Shown here: positions 12,291 through 25,400 of the stretch, one piece after another
Position numbering within the stretch: the stretch's first letter is position 1
Layout: each line of letters begins with the position of its first letter
Assembly (NCBI GenBank): GCA_973895155.1
Contig: OZ316894.1
Coordinates: 21,485,867 to 21,549,866 of the forward strand
Source of the DNA: Marsupella aquatica
Lineage: Eukaryota > Plantae > Marchantiophyta
Direction of reading: 5' to 3'
DNA: 64,000 nucleotides
Made by a program: the position numbers and the translations under genes
The notes under the pieces: model-generated
Told to the model about the DNA's origin: nothing
Database searches by the model: none
Seen by the model: the letters and a program-made list of their open reading frames with translations, nothing else

Positions 12291-15200
12291 ACACATGAGC
12301 CACTAGCCATGACCTCCTCGTAACGTTTCTTAGGCGTGTACTGTAACACAGGTGTCACAGCTAAATCTCTGAGCACTCCATGGTGCATCTATGCTGCATT
12401 TCTTGTTTTCGTGGTTTGGTTTTGTGGGTGGCTGTTGCTTCCTCCCAAATATTTTACTCACCCGTTCTGTGGTCGGCAGTTGGACGAAATTCTTTATGAA
12501 GTTTACACTCCCCTACCCAAACAAAAGCCAGACCTGGAAATCATCTTTCTTCATGGCCTTCAGTTGACTCAACAAAAGGAGGCATACATGACAACCTGGA
12601 TGTCGTATGACAACTCCCAGCTTTGGTTGAAGACGTGGCTGGTGGAAGAGTTTCCTAAAGCTCGGATTCTGACAATCTCATATGACTGTTCCGCCAAAAG
12701 GAGTGATGTTGCTGGGATTTTGGATATGTACCGCACAACAGAGAATCTGATCCACGAACTTACGAGGGATAGTGTTCGAGTTGGCCGGGAAGGATGCCCA
12801 GTGGTGTTTGTAGGCCATTGTGTGGGCGGTTTAGTTTTGAAGGACCTTTGTGTGAGGGCGGGAAACTTGTTGACTCGAGAAAGTCCAGAAAGTCCAGAAT
12901 TTCATCGAGTTGATGAGCTGTTCTCGAACCTACGAGGCATGTTCTTTTACGGAACACCGCACTTAGGATCGTTGTTGGGTGATGAGTTTCATCAAAACCC
13001 AGGTGCACTGGCGGCACAAATAAAAGTCTTGAAGGCTTCCAACAGTAGAAGAAATGAGGAGTTTCTTAAGTTGAAGAATCGGTATAAGTGGGCAACCTAT
13101 GGGATAGGCGAAGGACAGAAGAGTTTTGTGGTATGGACAATCTGTTGACCTGTCTCTTTTATTTTGACGGTGCATTTGTATTGGGCCTTTAATTCTCTTC
13201 CGTGCTAACCATGCATCCTGTCAGATCATTGAGAAATTTGTAATATATAATCAATTGCTCAACTCCAAGGGGCTCTCTTACCAGAACAATCAGCTTACTT
13301 TTCTTTTCAAATTTTAATGTTTCTTAGCGTTACTTATCAGCCCATGATTGAAGTTTAATGGATACAATATAATGGAAATTTGTGCCTCGCTAACCTATCG
13401 CGCCTATTATGAGACGATAAAAAGAACGTACGGAAGAGGAAGAAACACATATATTTCCTCGGACTCTCCTGTGTCAACAATATTTTGAACTTAATAGTTC
13501 TAATCATCGTGGAATCTTCACAATTTTGGCCTGTGATTATTGACCTGGTTTTCTCCTATAGGGTGGTCTGGATAAATGTATTCGTGTGGTTGAGGAGGCA
13601 TCATCTAGGGCATACATGGATTCCTACTACACTGCTCGGACTTCAGACCATTTCAACATCTGCAAACCACGGGGGAAGAAGGATAGTGCTTTCCAAAAGC
13701 TTACAGATTTTCTGCACCAGGTATTTAGCAGTCGTATTCTCAGATATTCCGATTTCAGACATCATGAGAAATTGACAATGGGAAAGCATCCATAGACGTG
13801 ATAGCGAGAACCTTCCGTTGAAAGTTTACAACCTAGTGGTATATCGAAACTTTCCCTTTTCACAGTATTCTTGATGTATGTCGTAGTACTTCAAGACTAG
13901 AAAGATTGTGTGCTTTGAGTGCTCTCAAAATTCAATGGCTTTTGGTGTAGCTCGAGGACAACTTGCAGCTACAAGTTTCCTCGTTTCTTCACTCCCATGC
14001 ACACCATAGATATCTCATCGTTTTCTCGACTTTTGTTGTGAAATTTTCAATCACCATAATTCGAACAGGTGCAAGGAAGTGGAGCACTTGATGGGAGTCT
14101 TGCGGATATCGGTGGGAGTTACCAGCCGCAAGACATTATTGACTTGGAAGGTCGTGCAGGCCAAGTACGCACTATTTTGGCCAAGCCAAATGCCAACAAG
14201 ATCTTCATTGTAGGTTTGAGTGGAATTGGCAAAACTACACTGGCTGAGCAGGTCTTCCGTGAGATGTGTCCCAACTTTGGAGTCACATGCTTTGTATCTC
14301 TTTCGAGCTCTGAGCCCCAATACGATTGCCAAGAACAGGTCTTGAAAAGAATTCAAGAGGGTCTACATTCAGGTCGGGGAGGATTAAATGGCAGCCCTTC
14401 TAGCGTACTTGGTTACTTGAAACGGAAGAAAGTCTTGATGGTTGTTGATAATGTTCAGTCACAAAAACAACTGGATGCCTTGTGCACGAACACTTGGTTA
14501 GATCGTAGTGCCAGTCGGTTGATTGTCACCAGTACCAATCCTCGACTTGGCACCCAATGCAATACTTTTCAGGTCCCATACTTGAATGACACAGAATCAC
14601 GGCAGTTGTTCCTAAACTATGCCTTTGAGGGTAGAGAAGGACCTCAGAATGTCACAATGTTTGTTGACCAGGTGATAAGAAAGTGCGAAAACTTCCCTCT
14701 ATCTCTTAAAATTCTGGGGAGTTATGTAGGCCACGAGGAGGACAAAGACAACCGAGAACTTTGGAAAGAGCTGATTCAGAAGGTGGAGAAAGCTGTAGAA
14801 TTGGTTCGTGGTGATCCGGATCTGAAACTGTGGGCGAGGCTCAGGCCATGCTACGATTCTTTAGATCCTTCAGAGCAACAGTTGTTCTTGGATATTGCCA
14901 CGACATTTTGTGGCTACTCCTTTTCCATGGTGGAGTGTATCTGGAATGGCTGTCAGGAATTTCCAGTGACGGCATGGACAAATGTTAAGAAAAGATTTCT
15001 CGCAAGTGTGGACAAAGATGGTAAGGTATGGATGCATACCCAACTGCGGGACTTGGGCCGGAGCATTGCATGTCCCCGGAATACGTCTCTTGAGAAGTGG
15101 CAGCGAGTGTCCGAAACCGCCTCTGCAAAGGAGTTGATTGCAAATTATCAGGTATTTTGTAGAAACACAAGTGGGGTGCTCAAATCCAACGAACATCTGG

Positions 15201-17193
15201 AAGTTCCTTTTTAAGCATTTGAATGTTCTTGTAACCGATTTGGACGGTGCTAGATCAAGCGACTGAGGTGACTGAAAACTAACAACCCAAAATGCATTGT
15301 CACTTTGCAGGGCGTTGTTGATACTCGTACTTTGGAAAGTTTATCCGTTCTAGACCTCTCATACTGCAGAGCTATGAAATCACTCCCTTCGAGCCTCCGG
15401 AATGCAAGGAAGCTCACATGGTTGGAGTTGGAAGGTTGTCGATCGTTGAAAGATCTGGGGGTATTGAAACTCTGCCATCTAAAGCACTTGGGATTGAGTC
15501 GGACCGGCTTGACCCACGTACCACGAAACCTTGCCCAGGTCAACAACCCGAAGTACTTGCTGGCCCATGACACAAAGCTAACAAAAGTTCCTCAAAGGGT
15601 CCGTGGCCTTGCGATGTTAGTGTCGCTTGATTTGAGCTATACCAGTGTCGGCACCCTTCCAGAAGCTATTGGTAATCTCAAATTCTTGAAAGAGCTCAAC
15701 CTACAGTGGACTTTACTGCGGTCCTTGCCGGAATCAGTGGGGGAGCTAGAATGGCTGGAAACTTTGAGCTTGGACTGGACTCCTTTGGAAAATCTACCGG
15801 AATCAGTTTGCAAGCTACGGTTTCTCAAACGTCTGATACTAGCTGGTACTAAAATAAGCACTCTTCCTGATGCGATCGGGGACCTTGTACAGCTGGAGGA
15901 ATTGGACCTATGGAGAAGTAGGTTAAGTAGACTACCGGAAACAACCAGCAGGTTGTTGCGGTTCGAAGAAATTTCAGTACCATTGGATTTGAACGACAAT
16001 TGCCTCCACGATTTAGCTTCTTTGAAGTCCTTGACGAGCCTTGAGCTGGACGTTGGGATCCTAGGAGAAGAGCGTGGTCTGGCACTGGGAGAGGAGCAAC
16101 CACAAACAAGGATCCACTCCTTTCTCTCTCCTTTATTTTCACTCCATGCACTTTATTACGTATCGTTAAGTGGCGACAATTGCCCGCAATCTTTGCTACC
16201 CGCTCTGTTTGGTGCTTTGCATCAAATTTCATCGCTTTCGATGTTACTATTGTGCCAATTCCATAGCGTGGAGGTGATGCCCTATGAATTGGGGAAATTG
16301 ACAGGATTGATGACGCTTGTGATATGGGGCTGTGATAGGCTCCGTGAGTTGCCCGAGTCATTGGGCAGCCTATGCGGGCTGACAAATCTGTACTTAAAAG
16401 ACTTGCCAAGCTTGTCCAGACTGCCCGAGTCTTTGAATGCCTTGTCATGCCTTTCCCAATTATTTATTTGTTACTGTGAGAGCATAGAAATCTGCCGGGG
16501 TCTTTTGGCCATTTGTCGCCTTTGGAGCAAGAGTGCTTCTCTTGGCAAAGCAACAACAGCGAAACGGTGAACTCATATGAGCGCACAATGCCTTGTCAGC
16601 TGGACTGCTTGAAATTGCGCACAGATTCATGGAAACTCTTGGAGTGCTTCTTGGAATGTTGTCAGAAACGGATATCAAGGCCAAAAGTTATATATAATGT
16701 TAGCTGCGAGAAGATGGAGAAAGTGATGAAGGAGGCGACCCAGGATAGAGATGGAGGACGCTATGTGGTCGATATTAGTGTGGCCAGGGAGCTATTCACG
16801 GAAAGGAATTCAAATCAGCGAGGACAGGACAGTAGCGTCCAATTTGCTGCGGGGCGTTCTGCGTGTCATGGTCCTTGGAACCATTGTACCGGTCTTCAAT
16901 CTGTCTTTATACGATGCTGGGGAAACGACAGAAAGACTGTAATCTCCAAGAGGTGTGGTGTTCACACGATATTGGTGCGAGTGATAGATTGACGACACAG
17001 CGGTGAGGCTAGTGAAAACGAAGTAGATAGTGAGATCGAGGAAGATAATGTGCACAGCGGTATGGAGGGAGACGAATCTGACAGCGAGATGAGTGAAGAT
17101 GCAAGCAGTGAGGTTGAAGAACATGGAGCTGGTTGTGCATTGAAGGAAGAAAAAACTGATACTGAACAGACAACAAGATGGCAATCTGAGTGA
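12082..17193 (+). pseudogene. HNL-type NLR copy 2, disrupted or truncated
   Basis: Paralogous exons 12082-12280, 12480-13130, 13562-13720, 14069-15151, 15311-17193. Exon 1 has a 2-nt deletion relative to copy 1 (~12128). In-frame deletion of ~200 nt at ~15334. A 1-nt deletion at ~16490 gives a stop at 16568-16570. A further TGA at 16990-16992 corresponds to CGA in copy 3. Confidence 0.82.
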
Positions 17194-18873
17194 AAACAGA
17201 TAATGAGACGCGCGAACAAGAAAACCACAGGGAGATAGTCCAGCAGGGGACTCTGAAAAAGGCGTCATGCGGAAGACGCGGTGTCCACTCATCCGTTGAG
17301 CATCCGAATGCTATTTGTGTTCTTTAAACACAAACCGTGATGCCATGTTCTAGTCCCACAAGGAATGGCCACTGCAATCTGTAAGTCTTTCACACTGTTA
17401 CAATATTGAATGCGGATGGAGCTCTGAAATTATTCCGCAAATTGTTAAGATGCTCTGAGTGCCTACCATTTTGCGAGCATTGGGAGAGTTCTGTGTGGCA
17501 AAATTTCGCCTGAAAGAAAGTGCTTTGAAGTCCATGCGGTTTGAGACTCCCAGAGGTTATGGCAAAGCTTCTACTCCGATATACTTAGGATACTCAGAGA
17601 TCAACATCTCTCAGATTTGCATTTCAGGAAGTCGTTGTCGTTGCAGTAGTTTACCTGGCTTCAGTTGATGGCAGCAGAGTCTTGTTGAGTTTATGGTAAG
17701 TGAATTGCTGGGGGCATTTTAAAAGTGTTCTGGCTTCATTCCGTCAGAAACTGTAGAGTTGGGGATGAATGAAACAAGTTTGAGCCGAAGGTTAGGTTCG
17801 AATGATTGAAACACTTGTTGCAAAACCAGAGGTTGAAGGCTTAATCCAAGCTATAGCGTTTACAACGTCTGTACTAGGCTCAACATTGCAGACACACTCG
17901 GGATTGTCACTGTGAATTTGCTGTGACCCTCGGGAGGCCCTCTCAACAGAGGTGGTCAACTATGAAGATACAAAATCCTGGATGACAGGTTGGTTTCTAA
18001 TAGTTGATTGTATCCGCACACGCTGATAATTAATTTGGAAGTTTCTTTTCCTTTTTGTGCAGAGGTTGCGAACTGATCATTTGGTTCGTTGCGTGTGAGC
18101 CCAATGTAGTCCGAGCACACTTCGATATGGAGTTTTTTGCCATGGTGATCTTGCTGGATGTAGCACAGTCATCGTGGTCCAATGTTTGCGTGTTTGGTAT
18201 GGGCTGGCCGAGGTAAGGAGGCATTAGCAATCTTCGACCCTCCTTTTATCGCAGATGGATTTTTTCCTTGCACTCCCTGCTTCTCCAGTGAACGTCAAAA
18301 ATCGTGTATGCAAGATAGCAAGGGAAATAGCCACGACGAAATCATCTTGACCGAACTCAGTCACCTGCCATTGCCAGTGCTGGCTCAAGTGATGGTAGAC
18401 ACGATAATATACAAGTGCGCGGATATACTCCAGTGTATTTCGTAAAGACCAGGCTAAACGTAATCCTTTTTGTCAACTTTTGAGGTTTCTTCCCTGACTG
18501 CTTTTGGCTTGAATGCTTTGGGCAGAAGTGATTGAAAAACTAATTATAAACCGAAGATTGATGTCTTAAGCCGTGGTATCTCGCTATAATACCTGTGTAG
18601 AGCCGACACACTCGGGGCATGGACCCAGAAAGGGTTGTGGATGTGAATTTGCTGCAACCTGCTGAGGTGCCTGACCCTATGTTAGCTGAGGCAGGTAGAG
18701 GCGAAGAGAAATCAGTTTCACACAACAACGATCGATGGGCAGCAAAACTAGCTGACAGTCTTCCAATGTGTCTCGTCTGGGACATGACGGTTCCTATAAC
18801 GGAAGGTTGTAGATACGGGGTCTAGTATTTATCGCAACACCTCCATTGTACTGATCAACGGAAATGTTATCAG

Positions 18874-19297
18874 AGCTGCGCCAGAGGATGCATCAGAAGA
18901 GATGTTAGATCGTATGCCAACTTCAGCAACTTGTATGAATCTTCTGAAGCTTCCTCCATATAAAAGGTAATCCCACAATTCATTCTATATGTTCTGACTT
19001 TTTTTCAGTGACGGTCGATTGCAACACCTATCTCTACATAAGAAAGCAAGAGGTAGAAAGTTACGTTCTGATGAAAGCTGAGTCCATACGCAATAAGCTA
19101 AATGCTCGAAGTGAATCAGTTATTGCAGACGTTGAAACGTAAAGATCTGGGGCTTTAATAAATGAACTGTCTGATCCATGAACGGAGAAACGTTTTTGCT
19201 AACTTCAGGGTATTTATTTTTGTGCATTTCAGCAAGGATTAGTCAGGAGAAGCTGATGTATGCCATCACAGCTGGTGCCGGATTTGACTTGAGCTAA
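18874..19297 (+). pseudogene. HECT E3 ubiquitin ligase (UPL6/UBE3C-like) C-terminal fragment: last two exons with intron
   Basis: Exon 18874-18966 encodes AAPEDASEEMLDRMPTSATCMNLLKLPPYK, including the catalytic-Cys motif. GT-AG intron 18967-19232. Exon 19233-19297 ends EKLMYAITAGAGFDLS* but is out of frame at its start. No upstream HECT exons are visible. Confidence 0.85.
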
Positions 19298-20299
19298 TTC
19301 ACATTTCTAGGAGTAACAGACTCATTTGGAACCATGGGTCTGGACGCGCACCTCTGGGTGCCAAGGCTGGCCCAGGCTTGGAGGGTGAAAGACTCACACT
19401 TAAGGACACTTCCCCAGGTCAATCAATGGACGAGTCACGTAGAAGTAGTTCTCCTCTCCATATCATCCAGTTGGTACATCCATCAGTAGATATCCGAGTG
19501 CTGCCTACCACAAGCTGGCAGCAGTCAGTTACGTCCTGATTCATTCTGGACTCAACTGCACATATGGTGAATCATTGCCACTGTTCTTATTCAGGAGATT
19601 TTCCTGCCGTGCTCGCCAAGATACACAGCAACATCTGCAACGGAGCTTTCAATGAGTGGCATGATCATCTGTAAATTTGAATTTGTCACAGGACTGGTCA
19701 CAATGGGATTGTATCGTTGGTAATTGTACATTGAAATGCCCTAGGAGGGGAGGATAGCAGAATAATACTTACATGAACACTCTGTTTTGGATGATGCCGT
19801 ATTTTTATGTACTGGCTCGTTAGGGAGGACATTGTGATGACGGGGATGATTTGGCACTTTTGTATGTGCAACAGACATGTTACAGAGGTTTTGTATATGT
19901 GATCACTTATATGCTGCGGTATGACTGTCCCTACTCATATAGATATATGAATAAATAAAATATCGATATATTTATTTATTACAGAAAAGCATAATGACCG
20001 TATATATGCAGCATGGTTTACATAATTATTAAATATTAATACTGTTGTACCGTAATTTTGTAAAGTGTACGTGAACACACATCATTCTCATAACCACCTC
20101 TGCATCTCTAAAGAATGTTTGTGCTCTATCCCTTTCATTTCGATGCAAATGCGAAGGCTCCAACTTGCTGTTTGTGGAACTTCCAAATGTCGTTCAATTT
20201 CTACACGCCGACTGTGGAAATTCGATTCTGCTTTTTTACCAGACTTCGCTGTCCTTAACCTTCAACATTGTAAACCAGGGTGGATGGATAGTGCACGTA

Positions 20300-22450
20300 T
20301 TTCAAAAACGCTCACGATAAGCAACCGTTCGAAGAAATAAGATTCCGAAGATTCTCTCTGAAAACGTTCTGGTGAAGAATGTGACCATCATTATCATCAT
20401 GAACATGATTGTTGGGGAAATCAATGTGTGACTTCCCTTCCAGTTCAGTAAACGTTCTGTGCTGGTCGATATTGGATGATTTTGGTCGTTGGTGAATTGG
20501 AACATTGTTCGATACCACTTGAGGACATTGAATGGTCAGAATGTGGGCATTATTACCAACAGTGGACATGATCACTGGGGAAATCAATGTTTGACCTCCC
20601 TCCAGTTCAGTAAACGTTTTGTACTGGTCCATACTGGATGGATTCAGTCTTCACTGAAGTGCAACGTTGTTCTATACCACTTCAGAAAATTGAATGATGA
20701 TATTTCGCCTGCACTTCCAACACGAGGAGTAGCCGAGTGGCATCGAAGCTGAATTGGACCTCATTTTCAGGTTCTATTTCAGTACATCGTCTTAGAGATG
20801 CCATCAGAGCGAACCTTCATCGGAACTTGACGTTACTGGGCTGCGCCACAATCATGACCAAATTATAGAGGACTCGCAATTTTGCGTAGACAAATCTCCC
20901 AGATAACAGAACTGAAGTCCTGGTGAGCATCACGAACGTCATTTCACTCATCTGGGGCTTTGTGTCGTGAGGACATCTCACATTCCCCGAATATGCTGGC
21001 TACGTGGGGACTCAAATTCAGCAGTGTCTAGTATGAAATTCAGAAATAAGCTTTCCAGCTGGATTCGGACACCTTCTCCATCACCTGCCCGTTCGATCTC
21101 GCTCCCTGCCGGCCACGAAGACTTTGGGCGCAATCCTGCCCGAACTTAGATCCGGTAGGAAGGAAAATGTACACCAATCGGAGACATTCGAGCAAGCAGT
21201 GAAACATAACCCGCTCGTTTCCCAATCCTCGAACACTCCTTTTTTCAGGTCTTCTCACTCGGTGATGCCTGTCTGAGTGACTCGGCGTTAGCTCCATGAT
21301 CTCGTCGACACCCTCTCAACGGTGTGTGAAGTCGGATGAAAGCCTAGATATATCTGGCACCCTCCGTTGTTCCACAATCGGTCCAATTCCGCAGATTTTC
21401 AGTGTGAGACTCCACCTCTATATATCCTCGGCAGAAGAAGGATTCCCGTTGAAGTTTGTGAAAAGCAGTCCAGCTTGTTTGCTGTTGGGGTCGACTATGA
21501 TCAATTTTCCGAAATCTTGATGACTATTTCCGATGCAATCCTCTCCAAATAACCCGAAGCCAATCCTTACTAGTGGGTGAACTTTGAAATTTACTCAAGG
21601 ATGCCGTTGTTGCACCAGGGGACCAGGAGCAGGATCTAGAATCTGGTCATCTGTGACATCACTGCCATTCTACCGTCCACTGGAGGTACTGTTCGTTGCA
21701 AATGAGGACTCTCTCTCTGACACTTCCTGAGAGAATGGCTCAGATGGTGGGAGGTTGGTGGGTTCCAATTGCGATCCTTTGGGAACTCGTACGGGAACGC
21801 TATTGAAGGCACGAGCAAGTCTTCATTTGTGTTGACATGTCTTCGTCCTCGGTCTCTTTCCGCTGTTAGTCTCCATGTGGAGTGAATTCTGAACGAGAAG
21901 GGACGTTCTGTCTAAGTCCACCGCACCTCGTCCTTACGAAACGGTCGACATAAGATCAATTGAAATACGAGACGAAACTCACCAACTCATCGATCTGCGT
22001 CTTCACGATGTCGAAGGAAGAAGCCCTGCCAATTTGCGCAGAAAGATGGTACTTCATATACTGATGGCAAGGCACGGTGTAAATAGGTGGAATCTGTCTG
22101 TGAAAATCGTTTCACAACTGGTTGAATCCTTCCTCAATTTCATCGTCTGTGCATTCATGAAGATTCAGCAGGTGTGTTCCCGTGTGTCTTCAAGTGGCCA
22201 TTATTGAATACCCTCTCAAAAATGGTTGAATCGAATCTTACGGAAGACTCTACGGCAGCGAATGGAATCAGCCAGGACTCGAATTTACAATTTCTGGGTC
22301 TCTTACTCTGGGGATGCAAGTCCCTATCAAAAATGATTGAATATATCTTAAATTTCATCCTCTGTCTATTCATCAAGCTTCGGAAGGTGTGTTCTGGTTC
22401 TTCTTCAAATGGACCGTCGTTTGTGCCCCAGCTCACCCAGGTAAGTCACT
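20300..22450 (-). pseudogene. Decayed minus-strand coding sequence upstream of, and overlapping, NLR copy 3 (homologue continues at 1-640 for copy 1)
   Basis: In-frame homology to 9850-12290. Internal peptide repeats DQ.KTFTELEG / DQHRTFTELEG (20312-20632) and THLPKLDE*TEDEI*DIFN / THLLNLHECTDDEIEEGFN. Stops sit mostly at positions explicable as C-to-T changes. 21810-22520 is near-identical to 1-710. Confidence 0.45.
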
Positions 22451-25400
22451 GTGCATCGGCCACTAGCCATGACCTCCTCGTAACGTTTCTTAGGCGTGTT
22501 AATGTAGTACAGGTGTGACAGCTATATCTGTGAGCACTCCATGGTGCATCTATGCTGCATTTCTTGTTTTCGTGGTTTGTTTTTGTGGTTGGCTGTTGCA
22601 TCCTCCCAATTATTTTACTTACCCGTTCTGCGGTCGGCAGTTGGACGAGATGGTTTATGAAGTTTACACTCCCTTACCCAAACAAAAGCCAGACCTGGAA
22701 ATCATCTTTCTTCATGGCCTTCAGTTGACTCAACAACAGGAGGCATACATGACAACCTGGATGTCGTATGACAACTCCCAGCTTTGGTTGAAGACGTGGC
22801 TGCTGGAAGAGTTTCCTAAAGCTCGGATTCTGACAATCTCATATGACTGTTCTGCCAAAAGGAGTGATGTTGCTGGGATTTTGGATATGTACCGCACAAC
22901 AGAGAATCTGATCCACGAACTTACGAGGGATAGTGTTCGAGTTGGCCGGGAAGGATGCCCAGTGGTGTTTGTAAGCCATTGTGTGGCGGTTTAGTTTTGA
23001 AGGACCTTTGTGTGAGGGCGGGAAACTTGTTGACTCGAGAAAGTCCAGAAAGTCCAGAATTTCATCGAGTTGATGACCTGTTCTCGAACCTACGAGGCAT
23101 GTTCTTTTACGGGACACCGCACTTAGGATCGTTGTTGGGTGATGAGTTTCATCAAAACCCAGGTGCACTGGCGGCACAAATAAAGGTCTTGAAGGCTTCC
23201 AACAGTAGAAGAAATGAGGAGTTTCTTAAGTTGAAGAATCGGTATAAGTGGGCAACCTACGCGATAGGCGAAGGACAGAAGAGTTTTGTGGTATGGACAA
23301 TCTGTTGACCTGTCTCTTTTATTTTGACGGTGCATTTGTATTGGGCCTTTAATTCTCTTCCGTGCTAACCATGCATCCTGTCAGATCATTGAGAAATTTG
23401 TAATATATAATCAATTGCTCAACTCCAAGGGGCTCTCTTACCAGAACAATCAGCTTACTTTTCTTTTCAAATTTTAATGTTTCTTAGCGTTACTTATCAG
23501 CCCATGATTGAAGTTTAATGGATACAATATAATGGAAATTTGTGCCTCGCTAACCTATCGCGCCTATTATGAGACGATAAAAAGAACGTACGGAAGAGGA
23601 AGAAACACATATATTTCCTCGGACTCTCCTGTGTCAACAATATTTTGAACTTAATAGTTCTAATCATCGTGGAATCTTCACAATTTTGGCCTGTGATTAT
23701 TGACCTGGTTTTCTCCTATAGGGTGGTCTGGATAAATGTATTCGTGTGGTTGAGGAGGCATCATCTAGGGCATACATGGATTCCTACTACACTGCTCGGA
23801 CTTCAGACCATTTCAACATCTGCAAACCACGGGGGAAGAAGGATAGTGCTTTCCAAAAGCTTACAGATTTTCTGCACCAGGTATTTAGCAGTCGTATTCT
23901 CAGATATTCCGATTTCAGACATCATGAGAAATTGACAATGGGAAAGCATCCATAGACGTGATAGCGAGAACCTTCCGTTGAAAGTTTACAACCTAGTGGT
24001 ATATCGAAACTTTCCCTTTTCACAGTATTCTTGATGTATGTCGTAGTACTTCAAGACTAGAAAGATTGTGTGCTTTGAGTGCTCTCAAAATTCAATGGCT
24101 TTTGGTGTAGCTCGAGGACAACTTGCAGCTACAAGTTTCCTCGTTTCTTCACTCCCATGCACACCATAGATATCTTCTCATCGTTTTCTCGACTTTTGTT
24201 GTGAAATTTTCAATCACCATAATTCGAACAGGTGCAAGGAAGTGGAGCACTTGATGGGAGTCTTGCGGATATCGGTGGGAGTTACCAGCCGCAAGACATT
24301 ATTGACTTGGAAGGTCGTGCAGGCCAAGTACGCACTATTTTGGCCAAGCCAAATGCCAACAAGATCTTCATTGTAGGTTTGAGTGGAATTGGCAAAACTA
24401 CACTGGCTGAGCAGGTCTTCCGTGAGATGTGTCCCAACTTTGGAGTCACATGCTTTGTATCTCTTTCGAGCTCTGAGCCCCAATACGATTGCCAAGAACA
24501 GGTCTTGAAAAGAATTCAAGAGGGTCTACATTCAGGTCGGGGAGGATTAAATGGCAGCCCTTCTAGCGTACTTGGTTACTTGAAACGGAAGAAAGTCTTG
24601 ATGGTTGTTGATAATGTTCAGTCACAAAAACAACTGGATGCCTTGTGCACGAACACTTGGTTAGATCGTAGTGCCAGTCGGTTGATTGTCACCAGTACCA
24701 ATCCTCGACTTGGCACCCAATGCAATACTTTTCAGGTCCCATACTTGAATGACACAGAATCACGGCAGTTGTTCCTAAACTATGCTTTTGAGGGTAGAGA
24801 AGGACCTCAGAATGTCACAATGTTTGTTGACCAGGTGATAAGAAAGTGCGAAAACTTCCCTCTATCTCTTAAAATTCTGGGGAGTTATGTAGGCCACGAG
24901 GAGGACAAAGACAACCGAGAACTTTGGAAAGAGCTGATTCAGAAGATGGAGAAAGCTGTAGAATTGGTTCGTGGTGATCCGGATCTGAAACTGTGGGCTA
25001 GGCTCAGGCCATGCTACGATTCTTTAGATCCTTCAGAGCAACAGTTGTTCTTGGATATTGCCACGACATTTTGTGGCTACTCCTTTTCCATGGTGGAGTG
25101 TATCTGGAATGGCTGTCAGGAATTTCCAGTGACGGCATGGACAAATGTTAAGAAAAGATTTCTCGCAAGTGTGGACAAAGATGGTAAGGTATGGATGCAT
25201 ACCCAACTGCGGGACTTGGGCCGGAGCATTGCATGTCCCCGGAATACGTCTCTTGAGAAGTGGCAGCGAGTGTCCGAAACCGCCTCTGCAAAGGAGTTGA
25301 TTGCAAATTATCAGGTATTTTGTAGAAACACAAGTGGGGTGCTCAAATCCAACGAACATCTGGAAGTTCCTTTTTAAGCATTTGAATGTTCTTGTAACCG

